The notes beneath the pieces are model-generated. The model saw nothing but the letters and a program-made list of their open reading frames with translations, ran no database searches and was not told where the DNA came from. The translations under genes were made by a program, and so were the position numbers. A stretch of 63,185 bases of DNA, the filler included. It is 3 parts of 3 records of this genome, joined end to end, with 100 filler letters (N's around TTAATTAATTAA, not from the genome) between each part and the next. Parts side by side here need not be neighbours in the genome. Positions count along the whole stretch, not along the records: positions 28,259 to 57,557 come from SRR31147125_4580; positions 57,658 to 63,185 come from SRR31147125_4681; 1 more part is not named here. The stretch is one strand, 5' to 3'. Positions 52,908-63,185 of the stretch are shown one piece after another (positions within the stretch are counted from its first letter, which is position 1; each line of letters starts with the position of its first letter).

Positions 52908-54122
52908 ATGAAATTCAAAGTATATATAGGAACAGTTATGATGCTATGTTTAGTATTACTTTCAGCTTGTACTAATATAGGTCAAAAAACTATCATAACC
53001 ATTGAGTTTGATGATCAAATAAATGTCAATGAGAACAAATTAATAACGGTTTATAGTAATCTAAATGGAGATACATTTACATTTAAGTCCAGTGATGAAT
53101 TAATCGTTGTTGTAGACGACAATGGATTGGTATTAGGTGTTGAGGCCGGAGAAGCGTGGATAACTGTGACATCATCATCAGGCGAAAGTATAGAGCATGC
53201 CATAACCGTTATGCCACTTGTGCTTGTTGAACATATTTCTTTGGAACTAGAAGAACAGGATAATTATTATGCTGGAAAGACATATGCATATAGTATTCAG
53301 TATTTTCCAGAAAACGCCAGTAATAAGCAAATAATATTTTCAGATTCTAATCCAAATATAATTATTAATGAAAATGATCAAAAAATCACATTTATTAGAG
53401 CTGGAGAATCAACTATTTTTGTATATTTAGAAGATGAATGGCTTGTTCAATCTAGAGTTGATCTTGATGTTAAGTATGATAAGAATTCTACGATATATGA
53501 CTTATTATTTGTAGGCAATAGTTTAACAAAATATACATTTAACATTCCTTTGATGGTCAAGAACATGATTGAAAAAGACGGTTCAATCGTATATATCGAT
53601 TACAGCAATAACTATCAATATTTAGATCAGCATGAGTTTAACCTTGTTAATGCATTAAGTAAAAATAGATATTCACATGTTATTTTACAAGAACAAAGCG
53701 CAGGATTAGTAACTGATTTCAATCGTTTTAAAGAAAGTGTTATAAAATATAACGATTGGATTATAGAAAATGGGGCAAAAACTGTTTTATATCAAACGTG
53801 GGCATATAATTATGCAGACGATTTACAAAAACAAATGATGCATGAAACAGTTACACAAGGATATAGTGATATGGCATTAGAAATAAATTCAATGATTTCT
53901 CTTGTAGGGGAAGTATTTATGGAAACTAACATAAGTAATCCTGAAATTGAATTATATGTGGATATCAATCATCCAAGTATATATGGTGCATATTTATCTG
54001 CTTTAGTACACTATAAAACAATCACAGGTAATGATGTACAACATGTTAAATATTGTCCACAGGAAATTCCTTTGGAAATAGAAAAAATATTAAAGAATAT
54101 TGTTGATACCACGATATCATAA
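52908..54122 (+). CDS. lipoprotein with Ig-like (Big_2) domains and SGNH/GDSL-like hydrolase domain
   Basis: Lipobox LSAC; FKSSDE.IVVVDDNG.V.G (Big_2); LFVGNSLT, VILQEQS, YQTW and D.NHPS..G.YL. Confidence 0.78.
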   Translation: MKFKVYIGTVMMLCLVLLSACTNIGQKTIITIEFDDQINVNENKLITVYSNLNGDTFTFKSSDELIVVVDDNGLVLGVEAGEAWITVTSSSGESIEHAITVMPLVLVEHISLELEEQDNYYAGKTYAYSIQYFPENASNKQIIFSDSNPNIIINENDQKITFIRAGESTIFVYLEDEWLVQSRVDLDVKYDKNSTIYDLLFVGNSLTKYTFNIPLMVKNMIEKDGSIVYIDYSNNYQYLDQHEFNLVNALSKNRYSHVILQEQSAGLVTDFNRFKESVIKYNDWIIENGAKTVLYQTWAYNYADDLQKQMMHETVTQGYSDMALEINSMISLVGEVFMETNISNPEIELYVDINHPSIYGAYLSALVHYKTITGNDVQHVKYCPQEIPLEIEKILKNIVDTTIS

Positions 54123-54219
54123 TAGTATTTAAAAAAGTGATAACCATTATTAGAAAATAAGATTATCACCTTAATTGCTTATCTTTAATCAAAATGTAAT
54201 CATTAGATTTGATAAAAAG

Positions 54220-54275
54220 AAAAAGGACTGATATGTCCATGGAGTTAAATAACTTCATTGGTATCAGTCCTTTTT
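54220..54275. terminator. terminator hairpin downstream of dps
   Basis: aaaaaggactgata...tatcagtccttttt inverted repeat. Confidence 0.7.
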
Positions 54276-54298
54276 AATTTAAATGTTGATATGTCCAA

Positions 54299-54733
54299 TT
54301 ATGCAATAACAGCTGATAACATCCAAATGTGTTTTTCAAATGAAGCAAGTGCACCGATTAATAAATCAGCAGTTTGTTCATCTTCAGCGTCTTGTGCAAG
54401 TTTTAATACTTCTAAAAACTCAGCACGTAATAATTTAAAATCTTTGACAACGTGAGATACCATAGTTTTAGGATCATCCTTGCCATGTGCTTCTTCAAGC
54501 GTAGCTAATTCTAAATATTGTTTTAAGTTAGAAACTGGTTCGCCACCGATCATTAATAAACGTTCAGCAACTTCATCATATAATTCGTTAACTTCATCAT
54601 AAAGTTCTTCGAATTTTTCATGTAATGCATAAAATTGAGGACCTGTTACATACCAATGATAATGGTGTAACTTCGTAAATAAAACACTTAAGTTTGCAAC
54701 TTGTTTGTTCAAACCTTGATATAATTTATTCAT
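54299..54733 (-). CDS. dps: Dps family ferritin-like protein
   Basis: HHYHWYVTGPQFYALHEKFEELYD, DEVAER and EKHIWML. Confidence 0.95.
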   Translation of the reverse strand: MNKLYQGLNKQVANLSVLFTKLHHYHWYVTGPQFYALHEKFEELYDEVNELYDEVAERLLMIGGEPVSNLKQYLELATLEEAHGKDDPKTMVSHVVKDFKLLRAEFLEVLKLAQDAEDEQTADLLIGALASFEKHIWMLSAVIA

Positions 54734-54845
54734 TATATACCACCTTTCTTTACTAACTTAATTATAACACTATTTATAACAGATGACAAATGTTATGATG
54801 TGGTAAAAATCATAATTTTATGGTAATATATATCAGGTGATAAAA

Positions 54846-55910
54846 ATGTTTGATAGACTAGAATTAATCGAAAAAAGATATCAAGAAATTCAAGATGAAC
54901 TTTCAACAGGTACTGTTGAAGTTAAAAGAATGACAGAATTATTAAAGGAATCTGCAGGGATAACTAAAACTGTAGAAAAATATCGTTTATTCAAAGAAAA
55001 AAGTGCGGAATTAAAAGATTTAAAAGATATGATTGCACTTGAAGATGATACAGAAATGATAGAGATGACACAATTAGAAATTGATGCAATAGAACCTTTA
55101 TTAGAAAAAACTGAAGAAGAATTAAAAATATTATTACTACCAAAAGATCCAAATGATGATAAAAATGTTATTGTTGAAATCAAAGGTGCTGCTGGTGGTG
55201 ATGAAGGTAACCTTTTTGCAGGAGACCTTTTTAGAATGTATTCAAAATTTGCAGAGACAATGAAATGGAAAATAGAAGTGTTAAATGCCATGGAAGGTGC
55301 CATGGGTGGTTTCACTTCAATTGAATTTATGGTTTCAGGTGATCATGTGTACTCACAACTTAAATATGAATCAGGAACACATCGTGTGCAACGTGTGCCA
55401 TCAACTGAATCACAAGGACGTATCCACACATCAACAGCAACCGTACTCGTTATGCCAGAAGCAGAAGATATTGATGTAGATGTGAATTGGAATGATGTAA
55501 GATTTGATACATTTAACTCAAGTGGACCTGGTGGACAATCAGTGAATACCACAAAATCAGCGGTAAGACTTACACATATACCTACAGGTATTGTTGCACA
55601 ATGTCAAGATGGTAAATCACAGCATGAGAATAGAGATTCTGCTTTTAGACTTTTAAAAGCAAGAGTTTATGATAAATTTTTACAAGAACAATTAGAAAAA
55701 GAAGGTGCTGAACGTAAGGAATTAGTCGGTAGAGGCGATCGTTCAGAAAAAATTAGAACTTATAATTATCCACAAAACAGAGTGACTGATCACCGTATTA
55801 GTCTAACCGTACAACGATTGGACGCGATTATGGAAGGTAGATTAGAACTTATTTTAGATGGTATTATTAATGAGTTCCAAAAACGCCAATTATTAGGAGA
55901 AAAAGTGTGA
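54846..55910 (+). CDS. prfA: peptide chain release factor 1
   Basis: GGDEG, ESGTHRVQRVPSTES (PxT), GPGGQSVN and IRTYNYPQNRVTDHR. Confidence 0.97.
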   Translation: MFDRLELIEKRYQEIQDELSTGTVEVKRMTELLKESAGITKTVEKYRLFKEKSAELKDLKDMIALEDDTEMIEMTQLEIDAIEPLLEKTEEELKILLLPKDPNDDKNVIVEIKGAAGGDEGNLFAGDLFRMYSKFAETMKWKIEVLNAMEGAMGGFTSIEFMVSGDHVYSQLKYESGTHRVQRVPSTESQGRIHTSTATVLVMPEAEDIDVDVNWNDVRFDTFNSSGPGGQSVNTTKSAVRLTHIPTGIVAQCQDGKSQHENRDSAFRLLKARVYDKFLQEQLEKEGAERKELVGRGDRSEKIRTYNYPQNRVTDHRISLTVQRLDAIMEGRLELILDGIINEFQKRQLLGEKV

Positions 55911-56761
55911 CATTTGACGCTTTATTAAGAGAAATATCAAAAAAAGCTATTGAAAATAACATGGAAGTAGAAGCGATTAAATTATTACTGATGGAGTTGT
56001 CACCTTATGATGCACATCAGTTTTATTTAAATTTAAGCGTAGAAGCACCACGTGATTTTGAAAGTATGTTTAGAGAAAAATCAGATTTATATATCGTTGA
56101 TCACATACCTGTTCAACATATTTTAGGTTATGCTTATTTTTATGGACATACATTTATCGTCAATGAACATGTGTTAATTCCAAGAGTTGAAACTGAACAA
56201 CTTGTTGATCAAACACTCTATTATTATGATAAATATTTTAATAAACAAAAACTTGATGTACTTGATTTAGGTACAGGTAGTGGTTGTATAGGATTAACGC
56301 TTGCAAAAGAAGAAGAAAATCTAAATGTGATGATTTCTGATGTGAGTGCTCAAGCGCTTGATACAGCTAAAGCAAACGCTAAGCATTTAAATGTATCAGT
56401 AAAAACAAGATTATCAAGTTGGTTTGATCAAATCGAGGGAAAATTCGATATGATCATTTCTAATCCACCTTATATTCCTGATGATGAAATCGTTGAAGAT
56501 ATTGTTAAAAAAGAACCTGAAGTTGCATTATATGGTGGTAAAAATGGTACAGATTTTTATCTTCATATTTTAAAACATATTAAACCCTATTTAAAAGATA
56601 AAGGTCTTATCGGATTTGAACATGGCTATCAACAAAAAGCAGAAATTGCTGCATTTGTTAAAACATATTTTAAAGATGCAAAACTCATCCAACTTAAAGA
56701 TTATCAAGGAAAAGATCGTATGACGTTTATAGGTTTTGGAGGTGTGCTAGATGATGAATAA
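55907..56761 (+). CDS. prmC: release factor glutamine methyltransferase
   Basis: VLIPRVETE, DLGTGSG and SNPPY. Confidence 0.95.
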   Translation: MTFDALLREISKKAIENNMEVEAIKLLLMELSPYDAHQFYLNLSVEAPRDFESMFREKSDLYIVDHIPVQHILGYAYFYGHTFIVNEHVLIPRVETEQLVDQTLYYYDKYFNKQKLDVLDLGTGSGCIGLTLAKEEENLNVMISDVSAQALDTAKANAKHLNVSVKTRLSSWFDQIEGKFDMIISNPPYIPDDEIVEDIVKKEPEVALYGGKNGTDFYLHILKHIKPYLKDKGLIGFEHGYQQKAEIAAFVKTYFKDAKLIQLKDYQGKDRMTFIGFGGVLDDE

Positions 56762-57302
56762 AGGTGAACTTATTGTCATGCCTACAGATACTGTTTATGG
56801 TCTAGCTGCAAAACTTTATGACAAAGAAGCACTTCAAAAAATTTATGAGGTTAAGGGTAGAGACCAGTCAAAACAAATTCCACTTTTAATATCTTCGATT
56901 GAACAAATCAAAGATATCGCTATCTATGATAAACATATAGAGAAACTCATGCGAAAGTTTTGGCCAGGTGCATTAACGATTGTGATGAAAACAACACCAA
57001 CATTTAAACAAAAAACAGGTGAAGATACAATTGCCATACGTATGCCTAAACATCCTAAAGCATTAGCACTTATTCATGATAACGGCATATTGAGAGTAAC
57101 AAGCCTTAATAAGAGTGGTGAAAAACCATTAGAAGATTTAAATGATATTAAGAAAATATTTGGATCTCATGTGACACATATTTATCCACACGGCGATATT
57201 GAAAAATCGCATGTATCTTCAACGGTCATTTTGATTGATGGCAAAGATATCAAAATACTTAGAGAAGGGCCTATAAAATACGAAGATTTAATGCAAGTAT
57301 AA
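56751..57302 (+). CDS. tsaC: L-threonylcarbamoyladenylate synthase (YrdC/TsaC)
   Basis: PTDTVYGL, KGR, FWPGALT, AIRMP and ILREG. Confidence 0.92.
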   Translation: MMNKGELIVMPTDTVYGLAAKLYDKEALQKIYEVKGRDQSKQIPLLISSIEQIKDIAIYDKHIEKLMRKFWPGALTIVMKTTPTFKQKTGEDTIAIRMPKHPKALALIHDNGILRVTSLNKSGEKPLEDLNDIKKIFGSHVTHIYPHGDIEKSHVSSTVILIDGKDIKILREGPIKYEDLMQV

Positions 57303-57416
57303 TAATACTTGCTTTTTTTCGCATGTAATACGTTATCATAGGGTTTTTCAACGTTTTTACTAGATAAAATATAAAAATAGTATATAATAGTAACGGTAAT
57401 TTATAAGAGGTGAATC

Positions 57417-57557
57417 ATGGAAATTAGAAATATAGCAATTATTGCGCATGTCGATCACGGCAAAACAACATTAGTTAATCAATTATTAAAGGAAAGTGAA
57501 AAATACGATCAACATCAAGATTTAGGTGATCGTATACTTGACAGCAATGATATTGAA
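57417..57557 (+). CDS. typA: translational GTPase TypA/BipA (3' truncated by contig end)
   Basis: [18 protein letters not shown]...DSNDIE. Confidence 0.9.
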
Positions 57558-57657
57558 NNNNNNNNNNNNNNNNNNNNNNNNNNNNNNNNNNNNNNNNNNN
57601 NTTAATTAATTAANNNNNNNNNNNNNNNNNNNNNNNNNNNNNNNNNNNNNNNNNNNN
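57558..57657. other. artificial contig linker
   Basis: N run with TTAATTAATTAA spacer. Confidence 0.97.
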
Positions 57658-57862
57658 GCCGGTTCGTCCCAGAAAAAATATTCTCCGGCACTTGGTTCAT
57701 CCAGTAATCCAACAATATTTAAGAGTGTTGATTTTCCGGCACCACTGGCCCCATTATGGAAACAAATTCGCCCTGTTTTACTTCAAGGTTTACTCCCTTT
57801 AAAATAAATGTTCGCTGAAAACGCGAATCGTAATACTTGTCGATTTTTTTTAGCTGTATCAT
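57658..57862 (-). CDS. ABC transporter ATP-binding protein (N-terminal part; 1-nt frameshift in Walker A)
   Basis: [11 protein letters not shown]...[36 protein letters not shown]; one base is missing near 57748. Confidence 0.8.
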
Positions 57863-57898
57863 GCTTAAAAGTTATAGTTTCTAATTTTTATTAAATTA

Positions 57899-60325
57899 TT
57901 AATCTTGTTGTAAAACTTTTTGAAGATTCATTTTTAACACCCGATGAGCTAGTGTGTTTATTAACAATAGAATTGCTCCGGAGATTATTAGAATAGGTAA
58001 TATAAAAACCCAAAAATTTAAATTAATCTGGTAAATATAATTTTCAAGAAACCAATTCTTATATCCAAAATAAGAAAGAGGCAAAGCAATTATAATTGCT
58101 ATTATAAAAGGAGTTGAAACCTGTTTTGACAAAATTTGAACAATATTCTGCAATTCTGCACCCAATGCTTTGCGAATTCCAAGTTCTCTTTGATTCTGAT
58201 TGATAATAATTAATATTAATCCAATTATACCTATAACTGCAATAAAAATTGCCAACCCGGAAAATAATCCAAAAACACGCGCAAATGTTCTATCACTTTT
58301 TAGGTCGACGCTAAGTTTATCGTCTAAGGTAAAATAATCGAAAGGTTGATTTGGGAAGATTTGAGCATAATTTGCATTTAGCTCAGAAATCAGTTTTTTA
58401 AAACGATCATCAGAAATTGAAGCCAGTTTTAATGTTAAAAAATCTTGAGGATTATTATCCAAAATTACAACAGTTGGCACAGGTTCTACTTTTACCGATT
58501 TATAATGAAAATCGTCTACTACACCAATAATTTTAAATTCCTGTCCGCCATTTGTAATAATTTTACCAATGGCATCTTCGGCTGTTTCGATCCCATAGCG
58601 CTGAACAGCCAGCATATTCATTAAAATATTTCTTTCGTTCGGACTTTCTCCTTTATAATATTTTCGGCCTGCCAGTAATTCAATATCGTAGAAATCAATA
58701 AACTTATCATCGACAGAAATTCTAAAATAGGCTTTCCCATCCTGCACTCCTTTTTCCTTTCTGAACCCCCAAAACCAATTATTTATTTCCTGCCCGGGTA
58801 CATCAGAAGCCAAAGTACAATCCGATATTTCAGCTAATTGTAATATTTTGTCTTTAAATAAATTCATCTTATTTTTTGCGGTTTCAGCTTCTTCGGTAAA
58901 TTTTGGCGAGCGAATAACTAAACTTTCATGATAATTGACCCCCATGTTTCTATTCATTAAAAAATTTGCCTGCCTATTTGAGATAAATGTTCCGATTAGC
59001 AAGGCAATCGAAATAACAAATTGTGTAGTTACCAACACCTTACGAATCAGCATTCCTTTTCCTGTGTTTATTATTTTACCTTTTAAAAATAGAATCGATT
59101 TGTAGGAGGATATAATAAAAGCAGGTAACATACTTGCCAAAGTAATTCCCAGGATAAATATGACAATAATGATAGTTATGAATTTGGTATCGTGCCAAAA
59201 TACAAAATCTTCAATTCCTGCAATATTTCGGAAAACAGGATTTAATATAGAAAATAATAGTAAAGTTATAAATAAACATATTGTATTAAAAATAATTGCT
59301 TCAGTTAAAAATTGCAGTGTTAACGACATTTTGTTGGCACCATTTACTTTTCTTATTCCAATTTCACGAGAACGATCCAATGCTTTGGCTGTTGATAGAT
59401 TTACAAAGTTTATCCAGGCTATAATCAGTAAAAAAATTCCAAATCCAAATAAAATATTTACAATTGTTGCATTTCCGGGCAGTTCGGTTTCATACTCAAT
59501 ATTTGAATGAAGATGAATTTTGTTGATTGGCTGAAAATAAAATACATCTTGAGAATTAGTTGCTTCAAGGTTCGATTGGTAATTTTGGGCAATCATTTCA
59601 GGAATCGCCTTTTGTTTAAATTGCTCGGCATCTAAACCGTTCTTAAGCTGAATATATGTATGGAAATAATCGTATCCCCAATCATTAGAATACCTTTCAG
59701 GATTAATATTTTGGATAGAAAAGAAAAAATCTGTTTTAATATGTGAGTTTTTAGGAATGTTTTGAAAAACAGCGGTTACCGTATATTTGTCTCTTCCGTT
59801 AACGGTGATTAATTTACCAATCGGATCCGTTTTTCCAAAATACCTGTCTGCAGCCTTTTCAGAAATTGCAACCGTATTTATATCATCAATGCACCGTATT
59901 GTCCCGGTTATTATTGGAATAGAAAATAATTCAAAGATTGAACTTTTCGAATAATAAGTTTTTTCTTCGTTAAAAAAGATTTTATTGTTAACTAAATCTT
60001 CGTATAAAACGGTAATATTATAATTTCTGGAAAGGGTTGTATGATTTACTACTTCGTCATAGTTTTTATCCAGCCATTCTCCTGCCGGATAGTATGAATT
60101 TGCTGTTTCCCATAATAGTTTCCCATCTTGAATACGATCGTAGGCTATTCGATAAACATTGTTTGCATTTTCATGGTAATCATCAAAACTACGTTCATAA
60201 AAAACATATTCGAATATTAAAAGAGAACTTAAAGCTGCCGTAATTATTCCCAGCCCATTTATTATCGATATGGTTTTTTGTCTGAAAAGATTTCTGAAAA
60301 ATTGTTTTAGAAAATTTAGTTTCAT
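57899..60325 (-). CDS. MacB/FtsX-type ABC transporter permease (Bacteroidota type)
   Basis: INFVNLSTA..LDRSREIGIRKVNGA, IIGVVDDFHY and RELGIRKALGA. Confidence 0.9.
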   Translation of the reverse strand: MKLNFLKQFFRNLFRQKTISIINGLGIITAALSSLLIFEYVFYERSFDDYHENANNVYRIAYDRIQDGKLLWETANSYYPAGEWLDKNYDEVVNHTTLSRNYNITVLYEDLVNNKIFFNEEKTYYSKSSIFELFSIPIITGTIRCIDDINTVAISEKAADRYFGKTDPIGKLITVNGRDKYTVTAVFQNIPKNSHIKTDFFFSIQNINPERYSNDWGYDYFHTYIQLKNGLDAEQFKQKAIPEMIAQNYQSNLEATNSQDVFYFQPINKIHLHSNIEYETELPGNATIVNILFGFGIFLLIIAWINFVNLSTAKALDRSREIGIRKVNGANKMSLTLQFLTEAIIFNTICLFITLLLFSILNPVFRNIAGIEDFVFWHDTKFITIIIVIFILGITLASMLPAFIISSYKSILFLKGKIINTGKGMLIRKVLVTTQFVISIALLIGTFISNRQANFLMNRNMGVNYHESLVIRSPKFTEEAETAKNKMNLFKDKILQLAEISDCTLASDVPGQEINNWFWGFRKEKGVQDGKAYFRISVDDKFIDFYDIELLAGRKYYKGESPNERNILMNMLAVQRYGIETAEDAIGKIITNGGQEFKIIGVVDDFHYKSVKVEPVPTVVILDNNPQDFLTLKLASISDDRFKKLISELNANYAQIFPNQPFDYFTLDDKLSVDLKSDRTFARVFGLFSGLAIFIAVIGIIGLILIIINQNQRELGIRKALGAELQNIVQILSKQVSTPFIIAIIIALPLSYFGYKNWFLENYIYQINLNFWVFILPILIISGAILLLINTLAHRVLKMNLQKVLQQD

Positions 60326-60433
60326 TTTTCTGTTTTTAGAATTTACCTAACTAAATGCAAAACTCATCACATAACTTTTAGGTCACGATTGTTCATTTAA
60401 TAAAATGAATAATATTAGTTGCCTATTTCCTTT

Positions 60434-62744
60434 TCACTCATACCGCAATGCTTCTACCGGATTTCTTTTAGCTGCCTGCCACGATTGGAACGAAACTGTA
60501 ATTAGAGAAATTCCTAAAGCCATCAGTCCTGCAAAAGCAAAAATCCACCAGTCTAATTCGGTTTTGTACACAAAATTTTCAAGCCACTTATTCATGGCGA
60601 ACCAGCCAGCGGGAATTGCAATAATAAACGATATTGTAACCCATAAAACAAAGTCTTTATTTAGTAAAGTCAATACCTCAGTAATTTTTGCTCCATTTAC
60701 TTTTCTGATTCCTATCTCTTTTATTCGGCGCCGGCTTGTATGGTATGAAACGGCAAATAAACCTATCATCGATAAAAAGACACTAATAAAACAGCAGGCA
60801 CCGATGAGTTTGGCATAATTCGCATTTTCGCGGTGCATCCATTTATATCGGTCGCCAATTGATTCCATATTTAAAGGAAAATCAGTAATTAATTGATTCC
60901 ATGTTTCTGAAACAGCGGCGCGGCCTCGGTCATTTGATTTTCTGCCGGAGTAACCATCAGGTAAAAACCATCGCTTCCATAAGAAATATATCCCGGCTCA
61001 ATTACTTCCTTTAAACTTCCGTAATGAAAGTCTTTACAAACTCCAATAATTATGCTTTCCTCGGTGCCGGGAACTTTGTTGCCTATTAACTCCCTGTCGG
61101 GGAAAAGTGCGGCCAGCGATTCGTTTATAATACATTTATTCTGATTGGATGCTGCATTCGTTGAAAAATCTTCACCTTCAATAATCTCAACACCTAGTGT
61201 TTTTGGGTAATTTTCGTCGCCTACAAAAACTGCGGCAACATATTGTTTTTCAACTCCTTTGTCGTCGTAATTTAATAATAATGCAAAGTGCTCTAATACT
61301 GGAGAAGCGTTGGCCAGCGATACTCTTTCCACTGCAAGTTGTTTTTTAATTCTTCGCTGAAAACTGTAGCCAAATTTTTATGTTGACGTGGAATTTTTAC
61401 TTCCAATACTTCTTTCGAAATTCCTATTTCTTTATTGGAAATGTAGTTTATCTGTTTTAAAATAATTGTCGATCCGATAATTAAAATTATCGAGATTGTT
61501 AGTTGTGCAATATTGAATGCGGGAATATTAAATTTTCCTGCATAATTCAATTTGCCAGGTTTTAATGCTTCGGGCTGAACTTCTTTTCCTATTTTGAAAA
61601 GAGCAAAAACAAACGAAACAAAAAGAATAAAAATTGGAATTGCCAAAATGAGGGAAAGATTATTTAAACTAAAAACAAAAGTTCTTGAAATTGACGATGC
61701 AGTAAGTTGATTAAAAAACGGAACCGACCAAATTATTAGAAGAAAGCTAAATGCAAATGCAATTCCAATTAGGAAAATTGTTTCGGATAAAAAGCCAATA
61801 ATAAGATTTTCTTTTGAGCTGCCATTTACTCTTCGAATGGAATGTTCCTTGGCTTTTTCCATTAATCGGTTATTTATTAATCCGAGATAATTAAAAAGAG
61901 CCACACCTAAAATCATTAAAGCTATTACGAGGGCAACTGCAAGATCGGTTTTATCGCGACTTTTTTCAACGGTTTGTCTTCGGGAAGTGTCGAAATAAGC
62001 TGCTTTTAAATTTTTTAAATAATGGGTTCCGGGAGCTCCGTTGTGAACAATAGGTATGGTTTCTTTATTTTGAGCAAACTTTTCTTCTATTTCAGAAATG
62101 TTGGCATTCTCCGATAGCAAAAGGTAACACCGCGAGTCATTTTCTCCAATTAATTTTACCATTTCAAAATCGAGTTGAGTGCTTTCATCCGGTTTTTTAA
62201 AAACTCCGCGCACAAACATTTCAGCCTCTTGGTTTCCGTTTGTGAATGTTATTTTTTGTCCTGCAGGATTAGGAATACCAAAATATTTTAAGGCCAGTTT
62301 TTCAGAAATAACTACATCGTTAGTGGTTTCCAAAACATGCTCAGGAGAACCGAAAGTAAGTTGATAAGAGAAAACGGAAAAAAAATTAGAGGAAACTGCA
62401 ATGGTTTTTTTGTCGTCAAAAAAATCCTGATTATTCACCTGTACTTTTGTTGGGCTGGCATTTAAAATTTTGCAATAATCTTCAACTTCAGGAAAATTGT
62501 CTTTCATATATTCGGCTGCACCATTTCGAATAAAGTACATTTTTTGTCCTTCGCGAAAAGGATCGTCGGCTTGTAATGCATAAAGTTTCGATTTGTTTTT
62601 ATGAAAACTATCTGCATTATTTTCCTTTATAATAAATAAGGAAATAAGGTTCATGCAAGCAATTCCAACGGCAAGGCTAACTATTATAATAGATGAATTT
62701 AATCGGTATCGCAAAAGGGTTCTTAATATAGCTTTTAATCTCAT
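60434..62744 (-). pseudogene. MacB/FtsX-type ABC permease split into three ORFs by two frameshifts
   Basis: ORFs 61293-62744, 60889-61332 and 60434-60868 are consecutive parts of one permease ending KEIGIRKVNGA...NPVEALRYE. Confidence 0.82.
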
Positions 62745-62977
62745 ATTGGAAGAAAAAATAATGAATGGTTATTCTTTTACCAAATCCGGTGCCTTTTTTG
62801 CAAGTTGTAGATTTTCAGTGAAATAGATTCGAAGCTAAAAACGAAGTGTAAATTTTTTTTACAAAAAGTGTATGATTTTTTGTCAGAATTAGAATTTTTG
62901 TGAATTAATATGTGAATTTTTATTGATACCCGGCTATCACATTTTCTTATTATTTTATTTTCAGGTTTTCACTTTAT

Positions 62978-63185
62978 TTATTCATACCTGAGACTTTTAA
63001 CCGGATTTCCGGTTGCTGCTTTGTAGCTTTGCCAACTAACTGTGATTATAGCAATTGCCAGCGCTGTTCCCCCCGACAATACAAATATCCACCAGCTCAT
63101 ATTGGTTTTAAATGCAAAGTTTTCGAGCCATTTATTCATAACAAACCAGGCAATCGGGCTGGCAATAAAAAAGGCAATAATTACC
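62978..63185 (-). CDS. C-terminus of another MacB/FtsX-type ABC permease
   Basis: ...MNKWLENFAFKTNMSWWIF...SWQSYKAATGNPVKSLRYE*; runs off the window end. Confidence 0.85.
   Translation of the reverse strand, partial: VIIAFFIASPIAWFVMNKWLENFAFKTNMSWWIFVLSGGTALAIAIITVSWQSYKAATGNPVKSLRYE

Noticed and set aside
54750-54800. PerR/Fur box upstream of dps
   Set aside because: Only a partial match in AT-rich DNA.

Overview
The window joins three unrelated contigs with N-linkers that carry a TTAATTAATTAA spacer (28159-28258, 57558-57657). Contig 1 (1-28158, GC-richer, probably a deltaproteobacterial anaerobe) is an amino-acid catabolic region. It has a DapB-ACT fusion and a GntR-linked operon: TAXI-TRAP transporter, three-subunit flavin/FeS amine dehydrogenase, an intact DapA, a DapA paralog lacking the Schiff-base lysine, ALDH, racemase, SDR and aspartase. 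It also has TRAP + pxpABC, homoserine dehydrogenase, D-aminoacylase, a class III aminotransferase and three decayed IS elements. Contig 2 (28259-57557, AT-rich, standard genetic code, Acholeplasmatales/Izemoplasmatales-like) has housekeeping genes (tuf, tatD, rpsF-ssb-rpsR, gdpP-rplI fusion, dnaB, dps, prfA-prmC-tsaC, typA) flanking a ~15 kb island. The island is the most interesting item: a tightly coupled operon of two N-terminally truncated MurE-like ligases, an LL-H-type holin-like gene, two unknown genes, a 2099-aa signal-peptide-less Rhs toxin with a TNT (NAD+ glycohydrolase)-like tip, and a putative immunity gene. A cryptic frameshifted HTH gene precedes the operon, and a dead serine recombinase and an orphan Rhs relic follow it. 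This is a candidate undescribed toxin maturation/export system in a probably wall-less bacterium. Contig 3 (57658-63185, Bacteroidales-like) is a tandem array of MacB/FtsX-type ABC permeases plus the ATPase. All family calls come from motif recognition by eye; no database searches were run.
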